Shown: positions 27,501 through 40,627 of the stretch, piece by piece
How positions within the stretch are numbered: position 1 is the first letter of the stretch
Layout of the letters: each line of letters opens with the position of its first letter
Assembly: GCA_050273025.1 (NCBI GenBank)
Contig: CP158635.1
Span: forward strand, 3,038,001 to 3,102,000
Length of the DNA: 64,000 nt
Reading direction: 5' to 3'
From: Cenococcum geophilum
Taxonomy: Eukaryota
The notes under the pieces: generated by a model
Told to the model about the DNA's origin: nothing
Database searches by the model: none
Seen by the model: only the letters and a program-made list of their open reading frames with translations
Position numbers and translations under genes: made by a program

Positions 27501-28413
27501 CTAAGACGTTACAGTGCATAGATATTAAGCCCATCCCCTTGGAATTGGTGGTGCCTCTAGTGCTAGAATCAGCTTAATAAGTTAGCTTCTAGCCAGGGGA
27601 ACTACTTAGAGAGTCGTTTAAGATTTACGCGTCATTCCCCCTACTTAATCCGTTGAGTTTTCTCGTAGGATACCGCTTCTTTTAGTTAGTAAATGTGTAA
27701 AGGGGTGCAACCATTGCTGTCTGCGCCTTGCTGTACTAGGGTCTATATTAGTAATGCTTACCCGCAACTCCTGGAAGCAGAGGCAGTATTGGTATTTATT
27801 AGTGGTGTCGAGTTAGCTTGCTCCGCGGCTCAGCCTTCGCCCCTCTTGGCTATATTACTACTTACTTTCTCACTAATTTAAAAGTGGATGCTTTAGGTGC
27901 CCCTTATACAGTATAACGTAGTCTCCTAGATGGACGACTTGTTATAGCATTGCCGTTAAATTAAGGCTGTATATCCTTAGCTGTTTTTTATAAAGTTTAA
28001 ATCTAGCCTTTCTAAAGTGGACTAAAGCTAATGCTTAGGAGTTAGGGGGCTAATAGTAAACCCTAGATCCTGGTATATTGGCCTTAGTTTATAGTATTTG
28101 TTTACCGTAGTGTGTTACCCGTTCTTATATAAGATAGAAACTCCGCAGTAAAAATAGGGTCGACTAACTTAGAGTTATTTGGTAAGCACTTTATATAAAG
28201 TATTAATAGGGGTATACGGACCCGTTTTACCACTATAGTAGCTTTATATAGTGAGGTATTTCTTTTGCAGTTATAAGGTTAATATAGCGGTCCTTTAACC
28301 GAGTCTATCTATCCTCTAAGCCTCTTGCCGCCCTTTGCTGCCCCCTCCTGCCCTATTTGCACTATACTGCTACGGCAGTTATATTTTAGTAACTAGTTGC
28401 AATACAAGCTCCA
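21560..28413 (-). pseudogene. Large RIP-destroyed gene relic(s) with two tandem chromodomain-like repeats, split by retroposon copy 2
   Basis: Minus-strand frame with two repeats 77 codons apart at 22897-23294 (DYIVKCIKAV*LIDSGSILYTIR*... and DYIVKYIKALRVAEDRSI*YTIR*...EDNL). Sequence continues across the 24808-26926 insertion. Outer limits are uncertain and it may be more than one gene. Confidence 0.45.
24808..26926 (+). mobile_element. Gag(ORF1)-only non-LTR retroposon, copy 2 (2.1 kb, uninterrupted)
   Basis: 12-bp TSD AAAGTYATCGTC (24796-24807; 26927-26938). ORF1 remnant from ATG 25196 (MPRPGRPKKKPP...) to TAA 26580 with Cys/His knuckles at ~26330-26526. Then a ~330-bp 3' UTR and an A-rich tail; no RT. 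Confidence 0.9.
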
Positions 28414-28730
28414 TAACTTCTTATTCTAGCTACAGCTACCTAAGTTATACTCCTAAAGCGGTAAGGGTGAGGTATATTCTTTAGTTATCTATAATAATAA
28501 CCTAATAGAGTTTTAGTGCTAAAGTATATTTCCGGTACAACGTATAAGGGTTAAGTTAGTGTCTTAACCTAGGGCGGATAATCCTTTGTTAGAACTAAGA
28601 CGATAGAAAATAGGCGAAATGGGGCTATATAGATGTTAGAAGCAAAGACTAAGAATATAAATAGCTATAAAAAGAATACTAGAGAGGAGAATAAATGAAA
28701 AGCAAGGCAGAGAGAAAAGGAGGCTTAGAG

Positions 28731-28888
28731 TGTTACGGCACTATTACAGACCCTAGCCAGGGGCTCGCTTGGAGACTTGGCGTATGTATATAGACGTGTC
28801 CTTTCCTTGACCTTCTTCCAGACCCCATCTTGGAATTCTCGTTCACTGGCTACCAATAGATTCTTGTTCTTTTGACTGAGCCTTCACA
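28731..28888. mobile_element. Solo LTR (158 bp)
   Basis: TGTTACGG...TTCACA flanked by 5-bp TSD TAGAG (28726-28730; 28889-28893); internal TATATAG. Confidence 0.8.
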
Positions 28889-29239
28889 TAGAGGATACTT
28901 AGTATTAGTCTCCCCAAATCTAATTCGACGGTAGTATATAGGCCTTAGGAGCGGAAATAATAGTTAAACATTTAGAAATTAGCTGAGAGGGTGCGTATCT
29001 CGGTGTTAGTCATAATTGGAAGGTCGGCGTTAAGGAGTAGACGTAGGGTATCAAGGGTGGGGCCTTATAGTAGGGGTATGATAAAGGTAGAAGCGGAATT
29101 CGAGAGAGAAAGTGCTGGTAGAGAGGGCAGTAAAGGTAATAAAGCATTTTATAGACGTTAAAAGCAGCGGTTGACTAAGTAAGAGATCGATACCCGAAAA
29201 CGGGTATCGGGGCCCCGCTAAACTTAAAGAGGTAGTATA

Positions 29240-30495
29240 CCTAGATATAGATTACCAATCTACAGCCTTTTTTTGACTTTATTTACCCTTCTACTCTTTT
29301 ATAGCAGGTGTATACTAATCTCTATATATTCTACAGCCGTACTATCTTAACCGTCCGTAATAATACCGTTACTGCTATTAACGATACTATTCTCCGCTCC
29401 CTTAATAGCCCTAAGTCCATCTTTTACTCTACGGATACTATAGAATAGTGTGGTGGTGGACGCGGTCCCTCCAGATAGGAAGTCACAATGCTGTCTGTCT
29501 GTCTGTCGGTCGGTCGGTCGGTCGGTCGTCAGTCGTAATCAATCAGTAGGAAAGCAGTCAGTAAGAAGAAAGGAAAGAATGTATTCCGGTCGCTCGTGAT
29601 GTCCAAGAAGGAGGGAAGCCGAAGGCTCTATAAATACAGGAGAATGCCAAGGTACTAGGCGTGAGACATTTTACCCCACCACAATAGGACAATCTAAATA
29701 CTAAAAATACTCCCCCCCTAGAGCTTTTATAGAGCTTTAACCCTATAGGCCTTCCTCCTATATAGCTCTACCTTAAAATTAGCGCTCTAATAATCCTTTT
29801 ACGGAACCTATATCCTAAAAAGGGCCTTTATAACGGTCCCCGTATAGTTCTTACCCGAATAGGCCGCCGCTATCTTAAAGCCTATATTATTAGCGGCTCC
29901 TTCGCTAACTAGCTATAGGTTATTCTATAGATTAAGCTTACTTCTATAGAGGGCGAGCTGCCGTTTATTATTAGTTAACGGCAGTTTCCTATCCGTTTAT
30001 CTTTTATAATAACCGTAAATAAGTTATAGGGTTAGTCTTTTAACTTTATAGGCGTTAATTTACATATACCAGTTTTTACACATAGTTAGCTCTATATTGC
30101 ACTATCTTAGGTTACTACTATAAATAGTATTTTGGTACTACTTCCCCCAAATTAAATAGAAACGGACAATATTATATATCTAGAAGTTTTGCTTTTATAA
30201 TAAGGGAAGTAGTAGTAGGAGTAGAAGTAGGAGCAGAAGTAGGAGCGGCAGCAGCAGCGGTGGTGGTGGTAATGGTGGTAATAGTAGTGCTAGTGCTATT
30301 AATTAAAGAAGAAGACGACGACAATGATGACGATGTAAATAGCTATTATTAATATACATCACGTAATCAATTATATAAATCTATATTACGCGATTATATA
30401 AAGGCCACCTAAGTCGAAACAGCAAAAGGCCACCTAAGTCGAGACAGCGAGACGCCACCTCGCGTAGCGAGGTGGTAGATTGGATTCCCTCCTAG
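29240..30495 (+). mobile_element. Helitron 3' fragment (PIF1 helicase C-terminus, terminal hairpin, CTAG)
   Basis: RIPped PIF1 motifs ILTVRNNTV..IN, GLPP, ILLRNL, RQFPIRL, ITVNKL*G*SF, PVFTHS*LYIALS*VT (29340-30120). Hairpin CCACCTCGC-GTA-GCGAGGTGG at 30455-30475; CTAG at 30492-30495 followed by T. Confidence 0.9.
29449..29683. mobile_element. Solo LTR (235 bp) inserted in the Helitron helicase
   Basis: TGTGGTGG...CCACCACA inverted termini with 4-bp TSD ATAG (29445-29448; 29684-29687). The helicase frame resumes across it. Confidence 0.82.
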
Positions 30496-30581
30496 TGTAT
30501 AAATAGTCTCTTTTCTTTATAGATCAATCTACACACGAGTCCTTCTTTTCTTACAATCGGTGCACAGACTACCGATTAACA
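30496..30581 (+). repeat. LTR end fragment related to the 31591/42900 LTRs, inverted relative to them
   Basis: 30543-30581 reverse-complements to TGTTAATCGGTAGTCTGTGCACCGATTGTAAGAAAAGAA, matching the first ~39 bp of both LTRs. Confidence 0.75.
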
Positions 30582-30729
30582 GATCTTGTTAGATTGGAGT
30601 GGAGTGGATTTAGGGGTCAAATCCACTCCAAAGCTCCTAGAGCTCCACGAACACTAAACCTAAATAGGACTAACGGTTACCTATAAAGGTTAGTAATCCA
30701 GCTCCAGTCCAGTCCAGTCCAAATTGGCT

Positions 30730-31323
30730 CTAGTCTAACAAGATCACTGCCTGTCCAATCTTCTTCTTAAGCCTCTTCCGTGGACTCTCCTTTGGGCTTT
30801 CTTTAGTACTATACGCTGGGTCGTTCTTGTCAAATTGGTGTGGCTGCAAGAAGTCGTCAAATGTTGATCCTAGTCTTGAATGTTGTGGTCGGAGAGGGGA
30901 GGAAATTGGGGTAAACAACGATCTGGGCCTGCGAATCTTATCCCTTCCTTCTTCAAGACTATCCAACCCCAAATTCTGGCTTCCTTTTCCTAAAGGGTGG
31001 TAACCTGGGTCAATGGCATGACCCACAATGAGATGGTAGAGGTCTTCCGGTGTGAGTGCATAAGTGTAATAGCGGCGTCCTGGTATGTGAGGAATTGGGT
31101 TACGTATGGGAGGCGCTATATCCCAAGGAAGCTGACGCTGGTGGAATGTATGCTGTGAAGAGAATGTTGGTTTAGAGATAGAGATGTGCTCATAAATACG
31201 GGGCCCGCCGGCTGAAGTTGCGTAGGGGAATGAAATATAAGTGTCTTAAGATACATTCGCTCGCAGGAATTCTGAGAGGCAGTCTGGGTAATCCTGCGAG
31301 GCATATGATTCGGAATAGGGCAT
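30730..31323 (-). pseudogene. Orphan ORF of 197 codons with one premature TAA
   Basis: ATG in GACAACATG context at 31323, in frame with the listed 30730-31026 ORF. The only internal stop is at 31246-31248 (GTA TCT TAA GAC). Confidence 0.5.
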
Positions 31324-34300
31324 GTTGTCGTCTTGAGAGTCTATTTGAAGTTGGAATTAAGGGGCGCTGGAAATAATTTAGTCGATGAAGTTGTGAGCGC
31401 GGAAGCTGCGCCATTAGCTTTGACGGACTTAATAGGCATAGTGGACGCGGTAACGTTTTCTTAAATACAATCGGGGATGAGAACGGATTTGTGGGCGTAG
31501 TTAAAAGATAAGTAAATGACATCCACGTGCCATATGTCCTAAAATGATTAAAATTATAGATACGTGATTTTTCACGATATGTTAAAGAACTGTCGATCGG
31601 TAGTCCGTGCACCAATTGTAAGAAAAGAATGATGACTCTGTCTATTGAATATGGCTTTAAGAGCCTCTATATATATATAGGAAAGGTGTAGGGAATAAGG
31701 ACGAGAAGGGGGTAGGGGGGGTGGCAATGAAAACAAGGGGTAGGTGACCGAGTCAATGACCGAGTCAATAATCGAGTCAATAACCGAGTTAATAGGAGGT
31801 AGCTAAGTCGGTAATAAGATAACCTAATTTAGGTCGACACACCCCCCCAGCTAATTAACTAGTAGGTGATTAGCTAGATATACCTAAATAGGAAATATCT
31901 ATGGTATTAAACTAAATAGAAACCATCTAAAAGCAATAACTTAATAAGGAAATCGTGCAAATAGGTTAAACAGTATAGTTAAATCTAACTATAATAGGGT
32001 CTTGATATTAATTAGATTTAGTTATTAAATAAAGCTCTTATACTTCTGCCTTAGCAGGGCCTTTATAAGACCGTTAGCCGTTATATTAGTAGTAGGAACC
32101 CACTTAATTATAATTAAGCCTTTTTAAACCTCTTGGTAAAGCTAGTGCTAGTAGATATCTACGTAATAAAGCTTTATATTTAATTAAGGTCCGTTCTTAG
32201 TAAGCAGTTAAATTATCTATAGGTTATTACAGCCAATTATATACTCCTTATTTATGTAGAGTTATATAGCTTAAAAGAAGCGCTACTACTAAATTAATTC
32301 GGCAGCTATATTTAATAGAGCCTTAAGTTTAGCTTTAGTGCTTAATATTATAACAGTCTTCTGCTTAGTAGAGCGCCAGTTAATTACTCCCCTAAATAGT
32401 AAAAATATAAAGCCGTTAGTGCTCTTCTAACTAATAGGATTATCGCTAAATATAGCGTTACTTATATAGACGACGATCTGACTTCTAATATTCCTATTTA
32501 AGTATTTAATTACTAGGGTTTTTATTTAATAGAGGTATATAATTGCTTAATTAACTGCAGCTTTATATAGGGGCGACGGATTACAAAGGAATTCTATAAG
32601 CTTGCTTAAGGCTTAAGTGCCGTTAGGTTGTGTAATATAGGTAGTATAGAGTAGTAAGCCGACCTTTCTCTAATATATATAGACCTGCTACTTAGAGGCC
32701 TGCTCTAAATTAGGCAAAATATCGTCCGTACTTATTAGCGTATATACTAGATAATAATCTTTTAAATAAAAGGTGCTGGCGATCTTATTAATATAGGAAT
32801 CTTAATAAAGCTAAAGCTTCTATTAAGGTTAATTGCGAAGGATTCTAATTTCTAAGAACTAGGTTAGTTCTCCTAGGTTCTTAATCTCGTACTTCTTTAT
32901 TAGCTCTTCCTTAAAGAGTTAAAGCTTTAGTAGGTCTTCTATGCGGTAGGCTACTATAATATTATTAACGTAGAAGAACACGATTAGCTAGTCGTTATAA
33001 AATAGGTATAATTCTCTATTAACTACCGTTAGACCTAGGGTCGTTAGGGTAGTTAAGAACTTATTAAGCTAAAGTAATAGTAATTATTAGAGGCCGTATA
33101 AAGCTCTTTAAAGGAGTAAATACCTACTCTTTTATTAAAAGCTATCTAGAAACTTAATATAGACTGTCTTATTAATAAGGCTATTAGTAAAGGCGTTAAC
33201 TATATTATACTATTAAGTCTTTAGATTGCATATAGCGACAATTGCTATTATAGCCCTAAATATTTTTGCTGCAAGGGTTGCTATATACGTATCCTTTTTA
33301 CTAAGTTATTATAAGTTACCTTATATATAAAGATAAGCTTTAAATTTAACTAAATATCTATTAGTGTTAAACTTATAAGTAAATACCTAGGTAACAGGTA
33401 AGACGTTAAGCAATACTATCCGTTTAATAGTCTTAAATATCCCTTACTGCTTAAGATTACTAAATTCCTTATTAGCGGCTTTTATAAAGCTATCTTTATA
33501 CGGGTAAGCTTAAAGCTCCTTTTAGCTATAAGGTGGTAATAAAAGCTTTTTATAGTATAATTGCTTTTAGTAATATTTAATTCTAATAGCAAAAGCTTTA
33601 TAGAAGGCAGGAAGGGTATCTAATTACTTAATATCTATAAGGTAAGCTTCTTAATGCATTAAGGGCTTTTTAGTTCTTTTACTTGTTATAATATTAATAT
33701 CGCCTATATTGCCGTGGATCTCCTATCTTAAATAGGCTTATTCTTTAGGAACGAGTTTAAATTAGGGTTTTCGCTTAATCAAGGCACTTAACGGCTCTAT
33801 ATTAGTAGTATTTAATTAAGGTTTTAGCGTCTTAGCTAGGGTAGAAAGGCCTAGTATAGAGTTGTCCTTAGAGGCTTATAGGCTAATTACGTTATCATCT
33901 TAATCTGTTACTTAATCTTAATTTTCATTAAAATCTACCTATTAACTTCTACTAATATCTACCTCGTCCTCCTTATCTAACGTCTTATCTAACGTCTTAT
34001 TAAGCTCTTCCTAAAGCGTCCTATTAATATTTAATACATTAATTACTTCCAAAATTTAATCCGCGCGTTTTTAGAGCAGATTTGCAAAATTTAACTAACT
34101 ATTATTATAGAGCAATTGCTTATTAAACGTTACGTCTCTTATTTAAATTACCTTTTTTTCGCTAGGTATATAGACCCTAAAGATATTCGTTAACTAGTAC
34201 CCCACTAGGTAACCAATATAAGCCCTTAGCTTAAGCTTTTATATATATAGGATGTTATATTTAAGCGGGTAAGCTCTACAGCCGTATACTTATAGGTAAG

Positions 34301-34404
34301 CTATATTTAGCTTTAATAGTAAGAGCCCTATTACTAACTAAAGTTTCTTAAAAGGTGTTATCTAGCCGAGCTAGGCGCTTAGTGTCCTATTAATTAAATA
34401 TACT

Positions 34405-37400
34405 TGTATAATTACAGCACCTGTCGTACTAACCGCGTGCCTACACGTTCGGTACGTCAGGTACGCGTTTACGCGTTCGGCGCACCAACTACCCGCTTAC
34501 GCGTCTAGACTAACTAATTAGGGGGGAAGGACGCATTAGTATATAGACCACGTAGTCTGCTTTAATATAAAAGACAGTCACTACCATCCTAAAGAGCATA
34601 CGATACTATACGTATTTCGTGCCCTGGGATATAACTCACTCGTACTATTAAGTTAGTACAAACACTAATTAGTAAGCGCGCACAGATCAGCAATCACTCG
34701 ACACCTCCCCCCAAGCAATACTTAATAGCGACTACCCGTTTAATCCTAATACAACCTACTAGAAGGTTGGAAGGTAAAAAATTACGGAACTATTACCAAC
34801 CCTATATACTTATTTAAGTCTTAATATAGTTTACCAGAAGTTTATAAACGCGAATACAGACCTTTACAGAACCCCCTATCCTTAAACCTCAAACCCCTAT
34901 TCCTACTACACCCTCTATTAATACCTCCGACGTCTTTTTAAACCCCTTATAGAGACACCCTTACCCTTCTATAAACCACCGCGGACCTACCAACCGCTTT
35001 TACGGACACTATAAGACCCTCCCCACCCGCTACGCACTATACTATATAGCATAGCGGATATAAGTAAGCAAATTAACGAAGGCTAAGAGAAGTGGAGTTA
35101 GGGAGTCGACCTTACATCTATAAACGACGTTAATAACTATATTAAGTTTAAAGTCCTTAAATACGGACATTATAAGCTTATAAACGATGACCTATAGGAG
35201 CAATATAAGAAAGACTTTACAAACTTTACAGAAGCTACTTTTAAGGCTTATAGTATCATACCTATCCGTAACCTATAAAACCTTTTACGTTACCAAGGTA
35301 TATAGGTTAAAAAAGATAAACAAGTTACTATTACACGGTCCCTATATAATACACTATATAAGGAAGACCAAACGGAATAGACCAAAAAGCAGATCTTAGA
35401 TTACATTAAAACCAACAACCTCTTTGCCTCCTTTAAACTTAACAGAATCTCTAGCTTTATAGCTAACCCCTTTAACTAAATTCGCTCTATAAACCCAAGT
35501 AGCATTAGAATTAATCTTACTGGCCAAAGTATACCTAATACCCAAACTACGGACCGCAATACCCCCGCAACCCAAATTACGGACTATAATACCCCCGTAA
35601 ACCAAAATACGGACCAAAACCCTTCTGTTAACAAAGCTACAGATCCGCAACCTACCTAAGTCATAGATCCGCAAACCATATATCCGCAAACCATATATCC
35701 GCAAGCCATATATCCGCAAGCCATAGATCTATAAGTTATAGATCCGTAATATACCTAAGTAAAGACCTATGGTAAGGAACTAGCTAACCTAGCTAAGCTC
35801 TATACTAACAAATCTAAGTATAGCGGTAAAAACGACAATTTTAACTTTAAACTAACTATCTTTACGGACCTTTACTAAAAGGCTAACATTCCTAAATAAG
35901 AGTTTAGCCAAGCCTACTCTACTATACTATACGGCCTAGTACTTAACTACTACTATACTAACCTCAAGAGCAACCCCCTTAGTGTTCCCTTTAATAAACT
36001 ATATAAAACTACTTGTAACTACTTTAAAGGACCGGAATATAGGCGTAATATCCTTACCTAATAGAATGCGACTAAGCTACGGACCGTAATTAATAAGAAT
36101 ACTAAAAAATCGACTATAGAGTGCCTGTAAATTCTTATTAAAGACCTTTAGCACCTATAGCACGGCCTTAACGCCAAGCTTCAAATAGACGACTTCCTAC
36201 ATAACAAACTTATTACGGCCTACCAGGAAGTAGAGCCCTATAAGTACGCCTATTATAAGCCTATAGACACCTTAGCTGGCCTTATTAATGATTTACGCTC
36301 CTCTATTATAATGTATAAATTCTTAAACCCACTAGGCAGCACTTAAGCCTTTACTGCGGATATTTAATATCCGCAAACAGACTTAGACGTCTACTTTACG
36401 GACCGCCGCTACCGCTAGCAGCACCTGTACCAACTAAGTCCCACCCGTAACCCCTATAGCAACTCCCGTATAAAAACATACCCCCGCAGACAGACTAGCT
36501 AGAAGTGCTTCGTATGCGGTAAGGAAGGATATTAGTCTATAAGGCATACCTAGGAAGAACGTAATAAGTCTAGGAAGAGACTTAATAGCCGTATCAGCCA
36601 GTTCATTTTAGAATATAAAGAAGAGGAAGCAGAAGAGCCCCCTAATAAGTTAATAAAAGCCCTTATAATTAACTTTAACTTAAACGCTTAGGAATAAGAG
36701 ACCTTAAAGACATTTCTAACCACTTTCGGACCTTTTATAAACAGCCAAGCCTTTAATATTACGACCGTATTAGCCGACCGTTCCTTTATACACTTAGTTA
36801 CGCCTAAAAACTATTCCGTAAGTATCTCCGTTACGAATATTATAGATTATAAGCAGGACCTATTTGCATATATCACTATAGAACGCTATACCCCTAAGGA
36901 ATTCTACGGCGTTATAATCGACACAGATACCTCTAAGAAGTCTACTATAGGTTACGGACAATACCTTGCGTATAAGACCACCGTAAATAATAATACGGAC
37001 ATTAATATTATGTAAACTGGGGCCGTAAACGTCTAATTCGGCATTAGCTTAACCGCATTAATTAGATTAGTTAAAGTCAAGACTCCAATTGGCCTAGTTA
37101 ACTTCTACGTAGTAAAAGCGGACACCCCCTTCCTACTCTATCTTACAAACATAGACAGGTTACAGGTATACTATAATAATGTTACGGACACCCTAATTGG
37201 CCCTATAACTGCCCTAGGAAGTAAGCATGTTACCCTACCAATTATACAACAATTTAGACACCCGTTCCTTATATAGGGAGAGACTTTACGGACCTATATT
37301 TAGGAATCTTTTAACTATAACCCGTGCTACCTTACTAGTACGGAGATCTACCGTCTATACCGCCGTTTCGGCCACCTATTAGCCGAAAAGCTATATAGAG

Positions 37401-40400
37401 TCCTTAAACGCTCTAGACACAACAACGTCAATAGAAAGGTAGTTAATTACCTAACTAAATACTACTCCTTCTGCCAGAAATACGGATGTTCCCCAGGCTA
37501 ATTTAAGTTTACCCTTTATAAGGACCTTAACTTCAACCACTTAGTATACGTGGACATTATATACATTAACGGCAGTCTAGTATTACATATAATCGACGAG
37601 GCAACCCGCTATTAAGCCGTCCGTTAGTTGCAAAATATATCTATAAAACACACTTAGGACATTTTACGGACCTACTAGATTAACACATACGTTAGACCCC
37701 CTAAGTACATCACCCATAATACCAGTAGGAACTTTATTAGCAAAGAATTCCAATAATACGCTATAGCCATGGCTATCTTAATAAAAGCCGTTCCAGTTAA
37801 GGCGTACTAGTCTATTAGGCTTATTAAGTAAGCTTACCCAGCTCTATAGAGAGCTTATTAGATTATTATAGACAAGTATAAGGACATCTAAAAGGAACTA
37901 GCTTTACAGATAGCCGTAAAAGCCATAAACGACACCGCTAGCCCTAACGGACTAGTACCCACCCTCTTAGTTTACGGAGCCTACCCAAGGATAAGCAACC
38001 TAGGCCCTCCTACCCCGTCTATTACAAAACGAGCAGCTATAATACGGAAGGTAATAGCCGAAATAGTCAAGCTACGGGCCAAGTAAGCTATTAATAACGC
38101 TTTATACTACCGTAATAGACCTAACACGACCCTAGTATACGACCTCCTACTTAACTCTAAAGTCCTTATATAGCGTAAAAGCGGCAAGTGAACCGGACCC
38201 TACCGTTTACTAGCTATAGAAAACGAGACGTGCTATATACAACTTCCTAGCGGCCCAACCAGCTTTAGGAGCACGTCTATAAAACCCTACTTTCGGCCTA
38301 AAGACACCTATGACGTTAAGCCAGACAAACTAGAAGCAACTACCAAGCTAGATAAACTAGAAGCGACCGCCGAATCAAACAAGCTAGAAACACCCTTACC
38401 TACCCTAAAAGTCCTCTAGAAACCTACTAAACCTACTATACCTACCATAAAGCGCGGTTAAGGACGCCCCTAAAAGCACCCTATAACTAAGAACACTATA
38501 ATAAAGACTTACTTAACCTCCGCAGGAATATCCGCAAGGCAATCTCCGCCTGCGGATATATTAGTTCTAGTATAGGAAACCCCCTTTACGGACTTATAAC
38601 GTAAAGAGATTAACGGACTACTTAAAAAGGGGGTCTTTACGGTTATAACGGAGAAAGACGTTCCGTAAGGCGTCCGTATATTTAACTTACGCTTTATTAA
38701 TAAAATTAAGCACCCAGGTACTAACAAAGCTTTTAAAAAATTAAGGCTTGTCGTATAAGCCTATAACGACTAAGGGAAGGGCTTAGTCCTTACGCAATCG
38801 CCTATAATTTAACGAGTCAGCTAACGGATTATACTTATACTTACGCCCGGACTACAGCAAAGCAAACCCGTAGCTCTTTACCTACGGGATATCTCGCAAG
38901 CCTATATACAGTCTAATACCTACCTAAGTAGGGACATCTTTATACAACTACCCCCTAAGCTTAACCTACAACTAGAAACAATCCTATAGGTTATAAAACC
39001 TCTATACGGAGTACTAGAAGCTAGAAACCATTAGTTTAAGATATACTACTAGCACCACGTTAGTAAACTTAAAATGGAATAGTTGACCTACGACCCCTGC
39101 CTCCTATACAGCCCATTAAACGGCCTTAGTATTATTAGACTCCAAATAGACAATACCCTCTTCCTAGCAGACCAGACCTTTACGGACGCTAAAGAAACTA
39201 AACTATAAAAGGCAAAGTTCTTAGTAAAGCCGTAAGAGCAGTTAACTAAGCAGACCCCAATTAAGTTTAATAGAGGCTTAATTACATAAAAGGGCAACCT
39301 AATTAAGTTAACTCAGGAACGCTAAGCTTAAAACCTAAAGCCCGTTATAATAAAGCCTACGGACCTTACTAGCTCCCGCAGAGAGACCTATAAGACCGTA
39401 AATACAAAGGACCAATACGCTGCACAGCGTATAAGAGGCGCCTATATTACCATAGTCTGCCAACCCAAATCTGCCTACGACTTATCCTTTGCGGCCCAGG
39501 CAGTAAATCTATAAGAAGAAAATATTAAGCAGCTTAATAAGCGCATTTAGTGGCAAATCGACAATATAGCAAGGGGACTTACTTTTATACCACTAGATCT
39601 GAATTCCCTTAGCCTACTAGCATTTACGGACGCCTCCTTTGCCAATAACAGGGACCTATTATTACAAATCGGCTTTATAATTGTACTTACGGACCGCAAT
39701 TAGGACGTAAATATACTATACTAGTCTTCAATTAAGTGCAAACGAGTAACCCGTAGTGTACTAGCTTCTAAACTATATATACTAGCCCATAGATTTAATA
39801 TAGCAGCCGCAATCAAATCAACGGTTTAGAAGATTCTATAACTGGAGCAGTTACCCCTAGTTTTATACACCAATTTAAAGTCCCTTTATAACTGCCTAGT
39901 TAAACTAGGTACGATACAAGAGAAGAGGCTCATAGTTAACCTAATGTGCTTACATCAGGCCTACGAACGACATGAGATTACAGAGGTCAAATGGATCAGC
40001 AGTGGAGACAACCTAGCAGACGCCATAACTAAGGCAAAGCCGTGTTAAGCTCTTAAAACCCTAATTAATACGAATAAGCTCAACCTAAAGGTTACAGAAT
40101 GGGTAGAGCGAGACTAACGGAGCATTTACGGTTTAGTTACGGCCCGTTGGAAGGCCGTATGGTGCATTTACGGCCCGTTAAAAGGCCGTACAGTTCACTT
40201 TACGGACCGTAAGCAGGACTTACGGCTAGCTTGGAGCACCATTTGGAAGGCAACCCAGAAGGCACCTTAGGGGAGATTTCCTATGTATTTTCTTTTATGT
40301 TCTATGGTTTTATTAAAGCAACTACGGAGACTATACACAAGTGGTTTCATTTTTCAAGTACCGCCAGTGTATAATTATAGCACCTGTCGTACTAACCGCG

Positions 40401-40627
40401 TGCCTACGCGTTCGGTACGTCAGGTACGCGTTTACGCGTTCGGCGCACCAACCACCCGCTTACGCGTCTGGACTGACTAATTAGGGGGGAAGGACGCATC
40501 AGTATATAGACCACGTAGTCTGCTTCAATACAAGAGACAGTCACCACCATCCCAAAGAGCATACGATACTATACGTATTTCGTGCCCCGGGATATGACTC
40601 ACTCGTGCTATTAAGTTAGTACGAACA
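34405..40627 (+). mobile_element. Full-length RIPped Ty1/Copia LTR retrotransposon, GalEa clade (element 2)
   Basis: 260-bp LTRs 34405-34664 and 40368-40627; TSD ATACT (34400-34404; 40628-40632); CTAATTAGT after the 5' LTR. CFVCGK knuckle ~36505, HRRFGH-like integrase ~37360, LQIDNT (QTDD-type RT) ~39140, FTDASFANNRDL ~39623. Confidence 0.96.
35640..35750 (+). repeat. 15-bp tandem repeat (CCATAKATCCGCAAR) inside gag
   Basis: About 6 degenerate units; explains the RIYGL-repeat antisense ORF 35396-35719. Confidence 0.8.

Noticed and set aside
31190..31615. 141-aa ORF in the track
   Set aside because: It starts inside the LTR, and the reconstructed empty site hits a stop a few codons upstream. 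The 30730-31323 frame has the better start context.
34505..34525. Tf1-like self-priming via ACTAATTAG in the LTR pairing with the post-LTR motif
   Set aside because: The match lies upstream of the LTR's TATA-like motif and has no counterpart in the other GalEa element.
11233..40480. Short ORFs from the track inside the AT-rich block (e.g. 11233, 15694, 17644, 35396, 38509, 39088)
   Set aside because: Antisense or off-frame by-products of RIPped transposon genes.
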